A DNA stretch of 64,000 nucleotides from contig OZ242005.1 of assembly GCA_965204725.1 (NCBI GenBank), forward strand, positions 3,136,001 to 3,200,000. Reading direction: 5' to 3'. The position numbers were made by a program, and so were the translations under genes. Source of the DNA: Candidatus Latescibacterota bacterium (GTDB taxonomy: Bacteria; Latescibacterota; UBA2968; UBA8231). Below, piece after piece: positions 45,061 through 55,462 of this stretch; position 1 is the first letter of the stretch, and every line of letters begins with the position of its first letter. The notes beneath the pieces are model-generated. The model was not told the DNA's origin. It saw nothing but the letters and a program-made list of their open reading frames with translations, and did no database searches.

Positions 45061-45258
45061 ATGCCCAAAATCAAGACGCACAAATCCTCGGCCAAGCGCA
45101 TCAAGCAGCGCGGCTCGGGCCGCCTCAAGCGGCGCAACGCCTATGCCACTCACCTCTTGAGCGGCCGCTCGACCAAGCGCAAACGGGCTTTCCGCAAAAA
45201 CAGTCCGGTCTCGTCCGCAGACTCAGCCAATGTTCGCCGGGCCCTCAATCTCAAGTAA
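45061..45258 (+). CDS. rpmI: 50S ribosomal protein L35
   Basis: MPKIKTHKSSAKRIK..GSGRLKR..A..THLL. Confidence 0.95.
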   Translation: MPKIKTHKSSAKRIKQRGSGRLKRRNAYATHLLSGRSTKRKRAFRKNSPVSSADSANVRRALNLK

Positions 45259-45281
45259 GCGAGTTTAACGGAGAATAATCC

Positions 45282-45635
45282 ATGCCCCGGGTACGTCACG
45301 CCGTAGCCACCAAAAAGCGCAAAAAGAAGGTCCTCAAACAAGCCAAGAGTTATTGGGGGGCGCGCAGCCGCCTCTTCCGCACCGCTCGCGAAGCCGTCGA
45401 TCGCGCACAAGCCTATGCCTACCGCGATAGGCGTCAGCGCAAGCGGGACTTTCGCCGTCTCTGGATCGTCCGCATCAACGCCGCCGCCCGCCGCAACGGC
45501 ATGTCTTATAGCCAGCTCGTCCACGGGCTAGGCCAAGCCGGCGTTGCAATCAATCGCAAGGTTTTGGCCGATTTAGCCGTGCGCGATCCGGCCGCCTTTA
45601 CCGCGGTGGTCGAACAAGCCCGGCCCCACGTCTAA
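45282..45635 (+). CDS. rplT: 50S ribosomal protein L20
   Basis: MPRV...[24 protein letters not shown]. Confidence 0.97.
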   Translation: MPRVRHAVATKKRKKKVLKQAKSYWGARSRLFRTAREAVDRAQAYAYRDRRQRKRDFRRLWIVRINAAARRNGMSYSQLVHGLGQAGVAINRKVLADLAVRDPAAFTAVVEQARPHV

Positions 45636-45650
45636 ATTCACATCCATCTG

Positions 45651-45694
45651 ACAGAAAGGGGTCGGCGATATGCGCCGGGCCCTTTCTGTTCTTT
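45651..45694 (+). terminator. Hairpin with T-rich tail between rplT and pheS
   Basis: acagaaagggg-tcggcg..cgccgg-gccctttctgt-tcttt. Confidence 0.65.
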
Positions 45695-45700
45695 AGGTCT

Positions 45701-46711
45701 ATGTTAGAAGAAGTGCGACAATTGGAGTCGATAGCCGTAGAGGCAATCGAAGCCGCCCGCGACGATCAGGCACTAGAGGCCCTGCGAGTTCGCCACCTCG
45801 GGCGCAAGAGCCGGCTGCGCCAGATTGCGCGGCAGATCGGCCACCTGCCCGCGGCCCAACGACCTGCACTAGGGGCGGCCACCGGGCGCGCCCAAAAGGC
45901 CATTCAGCAGGCTTTAGACGACAAGGCCCTAGCCCTCCAGCAAGAGGCCGACGCGGCTTCCGTCCTCGACGTAACGCTCCCGGGACGACGGCCCCTTTTG
46001 GGCTGTGCCCACCCCCTGTCCGAGCTAACCGACGAATTGATCAGCATCTTCCAAGGCATGGGGTTCGACGTGGCCGATGGGCCGGAAGTCGAGGACGAGT
46101 ACCACAACTTCGACGCCCTCAACACGCCGGCCGATCACCCCGCCCGCGACCTACACGACACCTTCTATCTAGAAGATGGTGGACTCATGCGCACTCACAC
46201 CTCCACGGTGCAGATCCGCGTCATGGAGCAAACGCCGCCGCCAGTGCGGGTCGTCTCTTTGGGGTGCTGCTACCGCAAGGAGACGGTCGATGCAACCCAC
46301 CAGATCGCCTTCCACCAGATCGAGGGCCTATACGTCGATCGCCGGGTCTCTTTCGCCGATTTGAAGGGGACTATTGAGGCCATGGGACGCCAGCTTATGG
46401 GCGAGGAAACCCAAGTGCGCTTTCGGCCTCACTTCTTTCCCTTTACCGAGCCGAGCGTGGAATACGACTTCACCTGCATCTGCAAGCGACAATCTGCGAA
46501 CTGCTCTATATGCAAGGGGACGGGTTGGATCGAAATCGCCGGGGCCGGCATGGTCGACCCGGCCGTCTTTGCCGCAGTGGGCTACAACCCAGACGAATAT
46601 ACGGGCTTTGCCTTCGGCATGGGATTGGAGCGAATCGCCATGATCCGGCACGGCATCGACGACGTGCGGCGCTTCCTCGAAAACGACTTGCGGTTCATCC
46701 GCCAGTTCTGA
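45701..46711 (+). CDS. pheS: Phenylalanine-tRNA ligase alpha subunit
   Basis: NFDALN.P.DHPARD..DTFY, RTHTS, FHQIEG, FFPFTEPS, GFAFGMGLER. Confidence 0.97.
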   Translation: MLEEVRQLESIAVEAIEAARDDQALEALRVRHLGRKSRLRQIARQIGHLPAAQRPALGAATGRAQKAIQQALDDKALALQQEADAASVLDVTLPGRRPLLGCAHPLSELTDELISIFQGMGFDVADGPEVEDEYHNFDALNTPADHPARDLHDTFYLEDGGLMRTHTSTVQIRVMEQTPPPVRVVSLGCCYRKETVDATHQIAFHQIEGLYVDRRVSFADLKGTIEAMGRQLMGEETQVRFRPHFFPFTEPSVEYDFTCICKRQSANCSICKGTGWIEIAGAGMVDPAVFAAVGYNPDEYTGFAFGMGLERIAMIRHGIDDVRRFLENDLRFIRQF

Positions 46712-46728
46712 GGTCTCGGCACCGCCTT

Positions 46729-49119
46729 ATGAAAATCACTTATAACTGGCTCACGGAATACGTGGACTTTGCCTCGGATTGGCCCGAGCTAGCCGAGCGC
46801 CTGACCATGGCCGGCTTGGCATTCGAGGGAGCCGAAGATCTCGGGGCGCGCTACGAGGGCGTCGTCATTGGCCGCGTCAATGTCTGTCGCCCGCACGAAA
46901 ACGCCGACCGTTTGACCGTCTGCCGAGTCGATGTGGGGACCGGGATCAACACCATCGTCTGCGGCGCACCCAATGTCGTGGCCGGGCAAACCGTCGCCGT
47001 CGCCCTGCCCGGCACTACGCTGCCCGGAGGGATGCAAATCAAAAAGGCCAAAATCCGCGGCGTCGCATCCGAGGGCATGCTCTGCGCCGAAGACGAGCTC
47101 GGGTTGGGCGATAGCCACGACGGCATTTTGGTGCTCGACAAAGACCTCCCGGTCGGCACCCCCTTTGCCGCGGCCACTGGGCTCGACGATGTGGTCATTG
47201 ACTTCGAGGTTACGCCCAATCGCCCGGACTGCCTGAGCCTCTGGGGCATTGCCCGCGAGGTCCACGCACTCACCGGCGGCCTCTTGCGCCCTCCCAACGC
47301 ACAGGTCCCCGAAAGCGGACCGGCGACGGAGCAAGACGTGCGGATCGACATCGAGGCCCCGGACGACTGCCCGCGCTACGTCGGCCGCATCGTGCGCGGC
47401 GTTGAGGTCGGCCCTTCGCCCGAGTGGCTCCAGCGCCGGCTCCACGCCGTGGGTCAGCGCCCGATCAACAACATCGTCGATGTCACCAACTACGTACTGC
47501 GCGAATTGGGGCATCCTCTACACGCTTTCGACCTGCACGCACTGGACCAGCGGCGCATCATCGTCCGCCGGGCGCGCTCCGGCGAGACCTTAGAAGCCCT
47601 CGACGGCACCCGGTGTCCGCTCGACGAAGAGATGCTGGTCATCGCCGATGGGACGCGGCCCCAAGCACTAGCCGGGGTGATCGGCGGTGCTCATTCCCAA
47701 GTATCAGCGGCCACCACGGATATTCTGCTCGAAAGCGCGTATTTCACCCCCGCTCGGGTGCGGCTGGCTCGGTCGCGCCTAGGGCTTTTCACCGAGGCGG
47801 CCATGCGCTTTGAGCGCGGTGCCGATTGGGACGCTCCAGTACAGGCGGCGGACCGAGCCGCTCGCCTAATCGCCGAAGTGGCCGGCGGAGCGGTCGCCCC
47901 CCATCCGCTAGACGTGTACCCCCGCCCCGGCCAGTGCCGCCAGATCCCGCTCTGCGTCGATCGCACCAACCAACTCTTGGCTACGGACCTAGACTCCGCC
48001 GCCATTGGCCAGATTCTCGCCCGCCTCGGCTGCCAAGTTCAATCGGGCCACCCCCTCGTGGTAACGGCCCCGAGCTTTCGCCCGGACCTAACGCGCCCGG
48101 TCGACCTCATCGAGGAGGTTGGCCGCATCTACGGCTTCGACCGCATCGAGGGCCGCCAAGAGGCGTCTGGCCCTTGGATTACTCAGCGCGATCCCGAGCT
48201 CACGCTTAGGCCGCGCGCTCGGCAGCGGCTCTTGGGCCTAGGTTTGGACGAAGTCGTCAGCAATACAATCGTTGAATCCCGCTGGCTCGAGTGGGCCGGG
48301 GCCACCGACCAAGCGGCCCGCTTGGCCAATCCGCCGACCGAAGCCCAAGACGCGCTGCGTACTACCTTGGTGCCGAGTCTCTTGGATGTGGCGTGTCGCA
48401 ACTTCAACCAGCGGGCTGCGGGGGTGGCTATTTTCGAGCTGGGCAAGTGCTTTGTCGCCAGCGCGGAAAAGGGGGCGCGGCCCGAGGAACGCTGGCGCCT
48501 CGCAGCCCTGTGGTCGGGCCGCGTCTCAGCCTCTCCCTATCAAGCCGACGCCCGCGAGGCCGACTTCTTCGACCTCAAGGGCTTGCTCGAAGCGTTCGTG
48601 GGTGAGGCGGATCTGCGCTTTACCCCGGCCGACCGCCCCGAATGCCGCTCGGGACACGCGGCCAGCGTCTCCCTCGGCGGCCAACCGCTCGGCTGGTTGG
48701 GCCAAGTTTCGGCCGGCTTGTGCTCGGCATTTGATCTAGAGCGTCAAGTACATATTTTTGAAATATCGTTCACCGCGCTAGCTCGCCATTGGCACAGCCG
48801 GGAGCGCTCCTTTTCCGCGCTGCCCAAATTTCCGCCGATCGAGCGCGACTTGGCCGTAGTCGTACGCGCAGACACTGCAACCGCCGAACTCATAGCCACC
48901 ATGCGAGATAGCGCACCCCGCCTCGTCGAATCCATCGAGGTTTTTGATTTCTATCAAGGGGATCAAATAGCAGAAGGCCACAAGAGCATAGCTTTTGCCA
49001 TTCGGCTGCGCGACCGCGAGCAGACCTTGCAAGACGCTCAGGCCGACGCAGCGATCGCCGCAATGCTCAAGGGCCTCGCAGCGCGGTTCGGCGCTCGCTT
49101 ACGCTCATCCCAACCCTAA
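46729..49119 (+). CDS. pheT: Phenylalanine-tRNA ligase beta subunit
   Basis: IVCGAPN, SEGMLC, TPNRPDCLS, RFERG, DLIEEVGRIYG, FDX-ACB C-terminus. Confidence 0.97.
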   Translation: MKITYNWLTEYVDFASDWPELAERLTMAGLAFEGAEDLGARYEGVVIGRVNVCRPHENADRLTVCRVDVGTGINTIVCGAPNVVAGQTVAVALPGTTLPGGMQIKKAKIRGVASEGMLCAEDELGLGDSHDGILVLDKDLPVGTPFAAATGLDDVVIDFEVTPNRPDCLSLWGIAREVHALTGGLLRPPNAQVPESGPATEQDVRIDIEAPDDCPRYVGRIVRGVEVGPSPEWLQRRLHAVGQRPINNIVDVTNYVLRELGHPLHAFDLHALDQRRIIVRRARSGETLEALDGTRCPLDEEMLVIADGTRPQALAGVIGGAHSQVSAATTDILLESAYFTPARVRLARSRLGLFTEAAMRFERGADWDAPVQAADRAARLIAEVAGGAVAPHPLDVYPRPGQCRQIPLCVDRTNQLLATDLDSAAIGQILARLGCQVQSGHPLVVTAPSFRPDLTRPVDLIEEVGRIYGFDRIEGRQEASGPWITQRDPELTLRPRARQRLLGLGLDEVVSNTIVESRWLEWAGATDQAARLANPPTEAQDALRTTLVPSLLDVACRNFNQRAAGVAIFELGKCFVASAEKGARPEERWRLAALWSGRVSASPYQADAREADFFDLKGLLEAFVGEADLRFTPADRPECRSGHAASVSLGGQPLGWLGQVSAGLCSAFDLERQVHIFEISFTALARHWHSRERSFSALPKFPPIERDLAVVVRADTATAELIATMRDSAPRLVESIEVFDFYQGDQIAEGHKSIAFAIRLRDREQTLQDAQADAAIAAMLKGLAARFGARLRSSQP

Positions 49120-49139
49120 TCAGGAGTACTGCCGCCCCA

Positions 49140-49421
49140 ATGGATGTAAACAAAAATTTTGAACTCCTCGAGCAGCACATCAACCGCCTAGCGGAAGAGC
49201 TCAAAACGCTCCGCCAAGAAAACGACACCTTGAGTGGACAGGTCGAGAGCCTCAACGAGCAAAACGGCACACTACAGGCTGAAATCCAAAGCCTCCACGA
49301 ACAAATCAACGCCGCCAGCAGTGAAAACGAACAGTTCAAAAAGGATAATGAAGCGGTAAAGGGACGCATCGAACAGCTCCTCAGCCGCTTGGATAACGTC
49401 GTCAGCAGTGAAAACGAATAG
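49140..49421 (+). CDS. zapB: ZapB-like coiled-coil cell division protein
   Basis: Pure coiled coil ending RIEQLLSRL; located between pheT and zapA. Confidence 0.65.
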   Translation: MDVNKNFELLEQHINRLAEELKTLRQENDTLSGQVESLNEQNGTLQAEIQSLHEQINAASSENEQFKKDNEAVKGRIEQLLSRLDNVVSSENE

Positions 49422-49472
49422 CACCCACCCAGCGTCTGGCCGAGATAAAGTCGTCTGAGAAAGGGGTCTAGT

Positions 49473-49787
49473 ATGTCGTCCCAAGTAGTGGTCAAAATTT
49501 TCGACAAGCACTACACTCTGGGGGTCGATCAAGATCACTCCGCCGAATACGTGCAGAAGCTGGCCGAGATGGTGGACGAGCGCATGCATGAGATCAGGCA
49601 CGAGATCAAAGGCGGCTCTCCACTCCAAGTAGCCATCTTGGCCAGTCTGAGCTTGGTGGAGGAACTCCTATCCCTGCGGGAGGAACACGCTTCCACCGAA
49701 GCCGATGTGGCACTGCGGACTTCTCAGCTCGCCACCTCGCTTGGGCACCTTTTCGCCGAGGTGGATGCGCCCCGCTCCGATAGCTAA
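49473..49787 (+). CDS. zapA: Cell division protein ZapA
   Basis: V.IFDK.Y.L...EYV..LA..VDERM..I...VAILASL.L.EEL. Confidence 0.85.
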   Translation: MSSQVVVKIFDKHYTLGVDQDHSAEYVQKLAEMVDERMHEIRHEIKGGSPLQVAILASLSLVEELLSLREEHASTEADVALRTSQLATSLGHLFAEVDAPRSDS

Positions 49788-49849
49788 CGCACCCGCGCAC
49801 TCCGGCCAGACGCCTGCCGGCATCTGCGACCAATGAGAAAGAGATCCCC

Positions 49850-51424
49850 GTGTTTGATGGGTTTGACTATCTAGTCCTGATAGGCTGTGCCTTCGCCTTT
49901 TTCGCCATCGGCTGTCTCCTCGGCTGGTTGGGGAACGGGCGGGTGCGCAACAGCAGACTGCGCGGCACGCAAGCGACCGCCGACCAAATAGTCTCCCGCG
50001 CCCGTCAAGAAGCCGAAGCCCTAAAAAAAAACGCCTTGCTCGAAGCGAGGGACGAATGGCACAGCGAGCGCGCTCCGCTCGAAAAGGAGCAAGAGACGCA
50101 AAGACGCTCGCTGCGCGACCTCGCGGCCAAGCTGCTAGAGCGCGAACAGCAGCTAGAGCGCAAAATAGACCTGCTCACGAGCAAGGAGCGCGAACAGCGC
50201 AAGAACGAGCAGGATCTCAACCGCCGCGAGGCCGCCATAGCTGCGGCCGAAACGCAAGCACAGGACTTGGTTCGCCAGCAGAGCCAGCGGCTCGAAGAAC
50301 TGGCTGGCATCAGCCAGCAAGAGGCCCGGTCCATACTCGTTGATCAGCTAGAGCAGGGCGCACACCAAGTCGCCGCCCGCAAGGTCCGCGAGATCAAGGA
50401 CACCGCGATTGCCACGGCCAACCTAGAGGCCAAGGAAATTATCACCCGCGCCATCCAGCGCTTCGCTGGGGAACTGACCGTCGAGAGCACGCTTTCGGTG
50501 TTGCCCATTCCCTTCGACGACATGAAGGGGCGCATCATCGGCCGCGACGGGCGCAACATCCGCTCCTTTGAAATGATCACCGGCGTCGAAGTCATCGTCG
50601 ATGATACCCCCGGCATGGTCATGCTGTCGGGTTTTGACCCCCTGCGCCGCGAGGTCGCCAGATATACCCTCGAAACGCTCATCCGCGACGGGCGCATCCA
50701 CCCCGGGCGCATCGAGGAAGTGTACGACAAGGCGCGTAGCACCGTTGAGGAGATGATCCGCGAGTCCGGCTCCAAAGCCGCCTTTGACCTCGGCATCCAC
50801 GACTTATCCGAGCCGCTCCTAGAAACGCTGGGCAAGCTCCGCTTCTGCACCAGTTACGGACAAAACTTGTTGATCCACAGCAAGGAAGTGGGGTTTTTGG
50901 CTGGCATGATGGCCGAGATGCTCGACCTCGATGTAGCGCTGGCCCGCCGCACGGGTCTCTTGCACGACATAGGCCAAGCACAGGATTTTGAGTTGGGCAA
51001 CGACCTAGCGCAAAGCAGCGCCGTTTTGGCCCGCAAGTGCGGCGAAAGCCCCGAAGTCGTGCAGGTCATCGAAACCTACAGCAAACACACCCCCTCGCGC
51101 TCGGCCATCGCCGTATTAGTCGAAGCCGCCAACGAAATCTCTACGCACCGCCCGGGTGCGCGCAAAGAAAAGGTCGAGGAGTACATCCGCCGCTTGCAAC
51201 ACATCGAGGAACTCGCGGCCGACTACGTGGGCGTCAAGCAAGCTTTTGCCCTGCAAAACGGCCGGGAGATTCGCGTCTTGGTCGATAGCGAGATGGTGGA
51301 CGACACCTATGCCGAGCAACTCGCCGACGAAATCACCCACAAAATTGAGCAACAGCTCGATTACCCCGGGCAGTTGCGCGTCTGCATTATCCGCGAAATG
51401 CGCGCCGAGTCTTACGCGCGGTGA
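49850..51424 (+). CDS. rny: Ribonuclease Y (HD site partly degenerate)
   Basis: TM, coiled coil, KH (MKGRIIGRDGRNIR), DGRIHPGRIEE, TSYGQN, LLHDIG, RPGAR, GREIRV. Confidence 0.93.
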   Translation: MFDGFDYLVLIGCAFAFFAIGCLLGWLGNGRVRNSRLRGTQATADQIVSRARQEAEALKKNALLEARDEWHSERAPLEKEQETQRRSLRDLAAKLLEREQQLERKIDLLTSKEREQRKNEQDLNRREAAIAAAETQAQDLVRQQSQRLEELAGISQQEARSILVDQLEQGAHQVAARKVREIKDTAIATANLEAKEIITRAIQRFAGELTVESTLSVLPIPFDDMKGRIIGRDGRNIRSFEMITGVEVIVDDTPGMVMLSGFDPLRREVARYTLETLIRDGRIHPGRIEEVYDKARSTVEEMIRESGSKAAFDLGIHDLSEPLLETLGKLRFCTSYGQNLLIHSKEVGFLAGMMAEMLDLDVALARRTGLLHDIGQAQDFELGNDLAQSSAVLARKCGESPEVVQVIETYSKHTPSRSAIAVLVEAANEISTHRPGARKEKVEEYIRRLQHIEELAADYVGVKQAFALQNGREIRVLVDSEMVDDTYAEQLADEITHKIEQQLDYPGQLRVCIIREMRAESYAR

Positions 51425-52203
51425 ACATTCTCTTCGTCGCCGACATCTTTGCCCGGCCGGGTCGCCGGGTCGCCGCGGCCCTGATTCCCGAGTGGGTGCA
51501 ACAGCGCGACATCGCTCTCGTAATCGCCAACGGCGAAAATGCCGCCGGAGGATTTGGCCTCACCGAGCGCATTGCCCACAAGCTGCACAGCTATGGCATC
51601 GACGTCATCACCAGCGGCAACCACGTCTGGGACCGCCGCGAGTTCATCCCGTACCTAGACCAGTCAGGCCGCGTCCTGCGCCCCTTCAACTACCCCCAAG
51701 ACGCCCCCGGCATCGGGGCGACCATCGTCGCTGCACGCGGCGGTACTCCAGTGGCCGTGCTCTGCCTGCAAGGGCGCACCGGCATGCCCATCACCGACTG
51801 CCCCTTCCGCACGGGCCGCGCCGAAGCCGAACGCCTGCGCAGAGAGACGCCCCTAGTTTTTGTGGATTTTCACGCCGAAGCCACGGCCGAGAAAATGGCC
51901 ATGGGCTTCCACCTCGACGGACTGGCCACCGCGCTCATCGGCACCCACACCCACGTGCAGACCGCCGACGAGCGCATCCTGCCCAAAGGCACGGCGTACC
52001 TAACCGACGCCGGTATGACCGGCGTCCGCGAATCCGTGATTGGCGTACGTCCCGAATTGGCCATCCAACGCTTCCTCACCCAAGTTCCCACCCGCTTCAA
52101 GCCAGCCGATGGCCAAGCGGTTCTCTGCGGTGTGCTCGTCGAGGCCGACGAGACCAGCGGCCGGGCCACCCGCATTGAGCGATTGCAGCTAGCCGAGCCT
52201 TGA
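51421..52203 (+). CDS. ymdB: YmdB-family metallophosphoesterase
   Basis: ANGENAAGG.G, TSGNH.WD, DFHAEATAEK, GTHTHVQTAD, TDAGMTG. Confidence 0.93.
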   Translation: MNILFVADIFARPGRRVAAALIPEWVQQRDIALVIANGENAAGGFGLTERIAHKLHSYGIDVITSGNHVWDRREFIPYLDQSGRVLRPFNYPQDAPGIGATIVAARGGTPVAVLCLQGRTGMPITDCPFRTGRAEAERLRRETPLVFVDFHAEATAEKMAMGFHLDGLATALIGTHTHVQTADERILPKGTAYLTDAGMTGVRESVIGVRPELAIQRFLTQVPTRFKPADGQAVLCGVLVEADETSGRATRIERLQLAEP

Positions 52204-52275
52204 CCGCGCCTCTACAGCGGCCTATCCTGTTTGCTTAAATCGAAATCGGCCTCCGCTTCCCCAACTGGATCCCCT

Positions 52276-53520
52276 ATGTCCTTTCAAGAGCCCGGCTTCT
52301 GGCCCGACGCCGAAGACGCATCCAACCGGCCGTACTCGGTCTCCGAAATCACCAGCCAAATCAAGGGCCTGCTCGACGAGACCTTGCCCTCCTGCTGGGT
52401 CGAGGGCGAGATCTCTCAGTACAACCACCACAGCTCGGGCCACCGCTATTTCACGCTCAAAGACAACGCGAGCCAGCTAAGCGCCGTGATGTTCAAATGG
52501 AAAGCAGGCTCGTTCTCCTTCATCCCCGAACAAGGCATGCAGGTGCAGGTGTACGGACGCATCTCCGTGTACGAGAGAGCGGGGAAGTACCAGTTCTATG
52601 CCGAGCAGATCAAACCCGCTGGCGTCGGGGAGTCGGCCATCGCCTTTGAGCGGCTCAAAAACCGCCTAGAGGCCGAAGGGCTTTTCGCTCCAAGCCGCAA
52701 GCGCCCCCTGCCCCCGTATCCCCGTACAATCGGCGTGGTGACCTCGCCAACCGGCGCGGCCATCCGCGACATCATCCAAGTCCTCAACCGCCGCGCCCCG
52801 GATATAGCTATCGTCCTCTGCCCCGCTCGGGTCCAAGGCGAGGGGGCCGCCGCTGAAATCGCCGAAGCCATCGCCCGCCTAAATCAGCTCGGCGACGTGG
52901 ACGTGTTGATCGTCGGGCGCGGCGGCGGCGCGCCAGAAGACCTCTGGCCCTTCAACGACGAATCCGTCGCCCGGGCCATCTACCAGTCGCCCCAACCCGT
53001 CATCTCGGCTGTCGGCCACGAGATCGATTACACCATCGCCGACTACGTGGCCGACAGCCGCGCCCCAACCCCCTCGGCCGCGGCCGAAATGGTCGCCCGT
53101 GAACGCAGTGCGTTGCGCGAGCGAATCGCCGAACAACAAGGCCGGTTACTCGCGGAAATGGAGCGCTACCTCCGCTCCTTAGCGGAGCGGTTGCGCCACT
53201 GCGACCCGAGCCGTCTGTGCGCCCGCCTCGACGACCGCTTGCAGCAGCAGAGCCTGCACCTCGACGAGCGGCGTCAAGCCCTCTATACCGCTTTCGATTG
53301 GTTTTTGCACACTCGGCGCGAGGCCCTAGCCAACGCCGCCACCCGCCTCGACGACCTCAGCCCGCTTACGAGCCTAGCGCGCGGTTTTGCCCTAGTCGAA
53401 CACGTCGCCAACCAACGCCTCATCCGCGACAGCAACGAACTCCAGCCGGGCGACAAACTACAACTGCGCTTTCGCCGCGGCGGTGCGATATGCCGTGTGG
53501 AGGAGAAACTCGATGAGTGA
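52276..53520 (+). CDS. xseA: Exodeoxyribonuclease VII large subunit
   Basis: GEIS...SGHRYFTLKD, TSPTGAAIRD, GRGGG..EDLW.FN, SAVGHEID, RAPTPSAAAE. Confidence 0.96.
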   Translation: MSFQEPGFWPDAEDASNRPYSVSEITSQIKGLLDETLPSCWVEGEISQYNHHSSGHRYFTLKDNASQLSAVMFKWKAGSFSFIPEQGMQVQVYGRISVYERAGKYQFYAEQIKPAGVGESAIAFERLKNRLEAEGLFAPSRKRPLPPYPRTIGVVTSPTGAAIRDIIQVLNRRAPDIAIVLCPARVQGEGAAAEIAEAIARLNQLGDVDVLIVGRGGGAPEDLWPFNDESVARAIYQSPQPVISAVGHEIDYTIADYVADSRAPTPSAAAEMVARERSALRERIAEQQGRLLAEMERYLRSLAERLRHCDPSRLCARLDDRLQQQSLHLDERRQALYTAFDWFLHTRREALANAATRLDDLSPLTSLARGFALVEHVANQRLIRDSNELQPGDKLQLRFRRGGAICRVEEKLDE

Positions 53521-53743
53521 ATCTTTTGAAGAATCGCTAGCCGTGCTCGAAGAGAGCGTCCAGCGCCTCGAAGCAGGCGACCTCAAGCTCGAAGAGGCCC
53601 TCAAAGTATTTGAACAGGGCGTCGCCGCCTCGCGCACCTGCGGCCAGTGGCTCGACCAGATCCGCGAGCGCGTCCAAGTCCTCACGGCCGACGCCGAGGG
53701 CCAGTTCCGCCTCTCCTTTCTGGACGACGAAGACGATCAATAG
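53513..53743 (+). CDS. xseB: Exodeoxyribonuclease VII small subunit
   Basis: SFEESL..LE..V..LE.GDL.LEEAL..FEQG. Confidence 0.92.
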   Translation: MSESFEESLAVLEESVQRLEAGDLKLEEALKVFEQGVAASRTCGQWLDQIRERVQVLTADAEGQFRLSFLDDEDDQ

Positions 53744-53764
53744 CCGCCCCTCGGCTTCGGCCCG

Positions 53765-55456
53765 ATGTTGACTCGCCTCTACATCAAGGACTTTGCCCTT
53801 ATCGAAGAAGCGGTGATCGAATTCGGCCCTCGCCTCAACGTCATAACCGGCGAGACCGGGGCCGGCAAGTCCATTCTCATCGGTGCCCTCAACTCCATCC
53901 TCGGCGGGCCTGTCAGTGCCGAGCTGGTGCGCAAAGGGGCTAGCTCGTGCGCGGTGGAGGGCTTTTTTGAACTCAGCGACCCAAGCCAAGTCGAGCGCTT
54001 GGCCGAGCTGGGCGTTCTCTTGGAGGACAGCCAACTCATCCTCCGCCGCGAGATCCGCGCCCCAGGCCGCTCGCGCGCCTTTGTCAACGGCCAAGGCCAG
54101 CCCATCAAGCAACTCAAGCAAATCGGCGCGCTATTGGTTGACCTGCACGGCCAACACGAACACCAATCGTTGCTCGACCCCAAGCTCCACGTCCGCTTTC
54201 TCGACGCGTTTGCCGGCCTTGAGGACCAGCGCCGCCTCGTGGGACAGCACTGGCGCACTTGCCGCGATAGCGCAGCCCGCCTCGACCAACTGCACACCGA
54301 GCGCGACGAGCTGACCGCCGAGGACGAGCTGCGCGCCTTCGAGTTGGAAGAGATCCGCGGCCTCGCACCCCAACCGGGCGAAGAGCCCGCGCTAGAGCGC
54401 GAGTTGCAAGTCCTCGAAAACGCCGAGACCCTATCCGAGGGCGGCCTCCAGCTCTACGACCTACTCTATCAGCGCGAAGGCGCGGTTTGCGAAGCCCTAG
54501 GCCAAGTTCGTCGTCAGCTCGGTCGGCTCCGCGAAATCGACCCTGCGCTCAGTCCCCAAACCGCGGCCTTAGAGGAGCTGATCTACGAGGTCGAAGATCT
54601 AGCCGGCCAACTCCGCGACTACGCCCGCAGAATTGAGGTGCGCCCCGGGCGGGCCGACGAACTGCGCGAGCGCCTCGACGGCCTGCGCACCCTTAAAAAG
54701 AAATACGGCGGCACCCTCGACGCCGTCGTAGAGCGCGCCCGTGCGCTTTCGGCGCGCGCAGACCGCGCAGAACGCCTCCGCGACGAATTGACCCAAGCGG
54801 CTGAACGCCGCGATCGCGCGCTCGCCGAGTTTGCCACCTGCTGTCTAGCCCTTTCTGCGGCGCGGCAGCAGGCCAGCGCTACCTTGTCGCGCTTGCTAGT
54901 CGCCACCCTCGGGGAGTTGGGCATGGCCAAGGCCCAGTTCTACATCGAGCTGGTGACGACCGAGGATTCTGCAGGGGCGGTTGAGCGCGACGGGCGTCGC
55001 TACGCAGCCGGCGAGCACGGCATGGAGCACGTCGCCTTCCACATTTCCGCTAGCGCCGGTCAACCCCCGCGCGCCCTAGCGCGCATTGCTTCGGGCGGGG
55101 AAATTTCGCGCGTGATGCTGGCCCTCAAGGAAGCTATCGCCGGGCGCGACCTCGTTTCGACCTTGGTCTTCGACGAAATCGACGTGGGGATCTCGGGGCG
55201 CATCGCCGCGGCCGTCGGTCGCAAGCTACAGTCCCTCTCCGCAACGCGCCAAACCATCGTCATCACTCATCTACCGCAGATTGCCAGCCTCGCCGACCAG
55301 CACTTTTCAGTGCGCAAGCAGCAGGTGCAGCAGCGGACCACCACCGAGGTCTTGCTACTCAACGCCCAGGCCCGCGCCGAAGAAATTGCCTATCTATTGG
55401 CCGGCGAAACCATTTCGGATACCGCCCGCCAACACGCCCGCGAAATGCTGCAATAG
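53765..55456 (+). CDS. recN: DNA repair protein RecN
   Basis: ITGETGAGKS, LHGQHEHQ, IASGGEISR, FDEIDVG, ITHLPQIA. Confidence 0.97.
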   Translation: MLTRLYIKDFALIEEAVIEFGPRLNVITGETGAGKSILIGALNSILGGPVSAELVRKGASSCAVEGFFELSDPSQVERLAELGVLLEDSQLILRREIRAPGRSRAFVNGQGQPIKQLKQIGALLVDLHGQHEHQSLLDPKLHVRFLDAFAGLEDQRRLVGQHWRTCRDSAARLDQLHTERDELTAEDELRAFELEEIRGLAPQPGEEPALERELQVLENAETLSEGGLQLYDLLYQREGAVCEALGQVRRQLGRLREIDPALSPQTAALEELIYEVEDLAGQLRDYARRIEVRPGRADELRERLDGLRTLKKKYGGTLDAVVERARALSARADRAERLRDELTQAAERRDRALAEFATCCLALSAARQQASATLSRLLVATLGELGMAKAQFYIELVTTEDSAGAVERDGRRYAAGEHGMEHVAFHISASAGQPPRALARIASGGEISRVMLALKEAIAGRDLVSTLVFDEIDVGISGRIAAAVGRKLQSLSATRQTIVITHLPQIASLADQHFSVRKQQVQQRTTTEVLLLNAQARAEEIAYLLAGETISDTARQHAREMLQ

Positions 55457-55462
55457 CCCGGC

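Noticed and set aside
45636-45700. T-box or pheM-type attenuator before pheS
   Set aside because: Only 65 bp, with no T-box motif or Phe-rich leader; a simple hairpin
49788-49849. 6S RNA in its common position after zapA
   Set aside because: The gap is only 62 bp, too short
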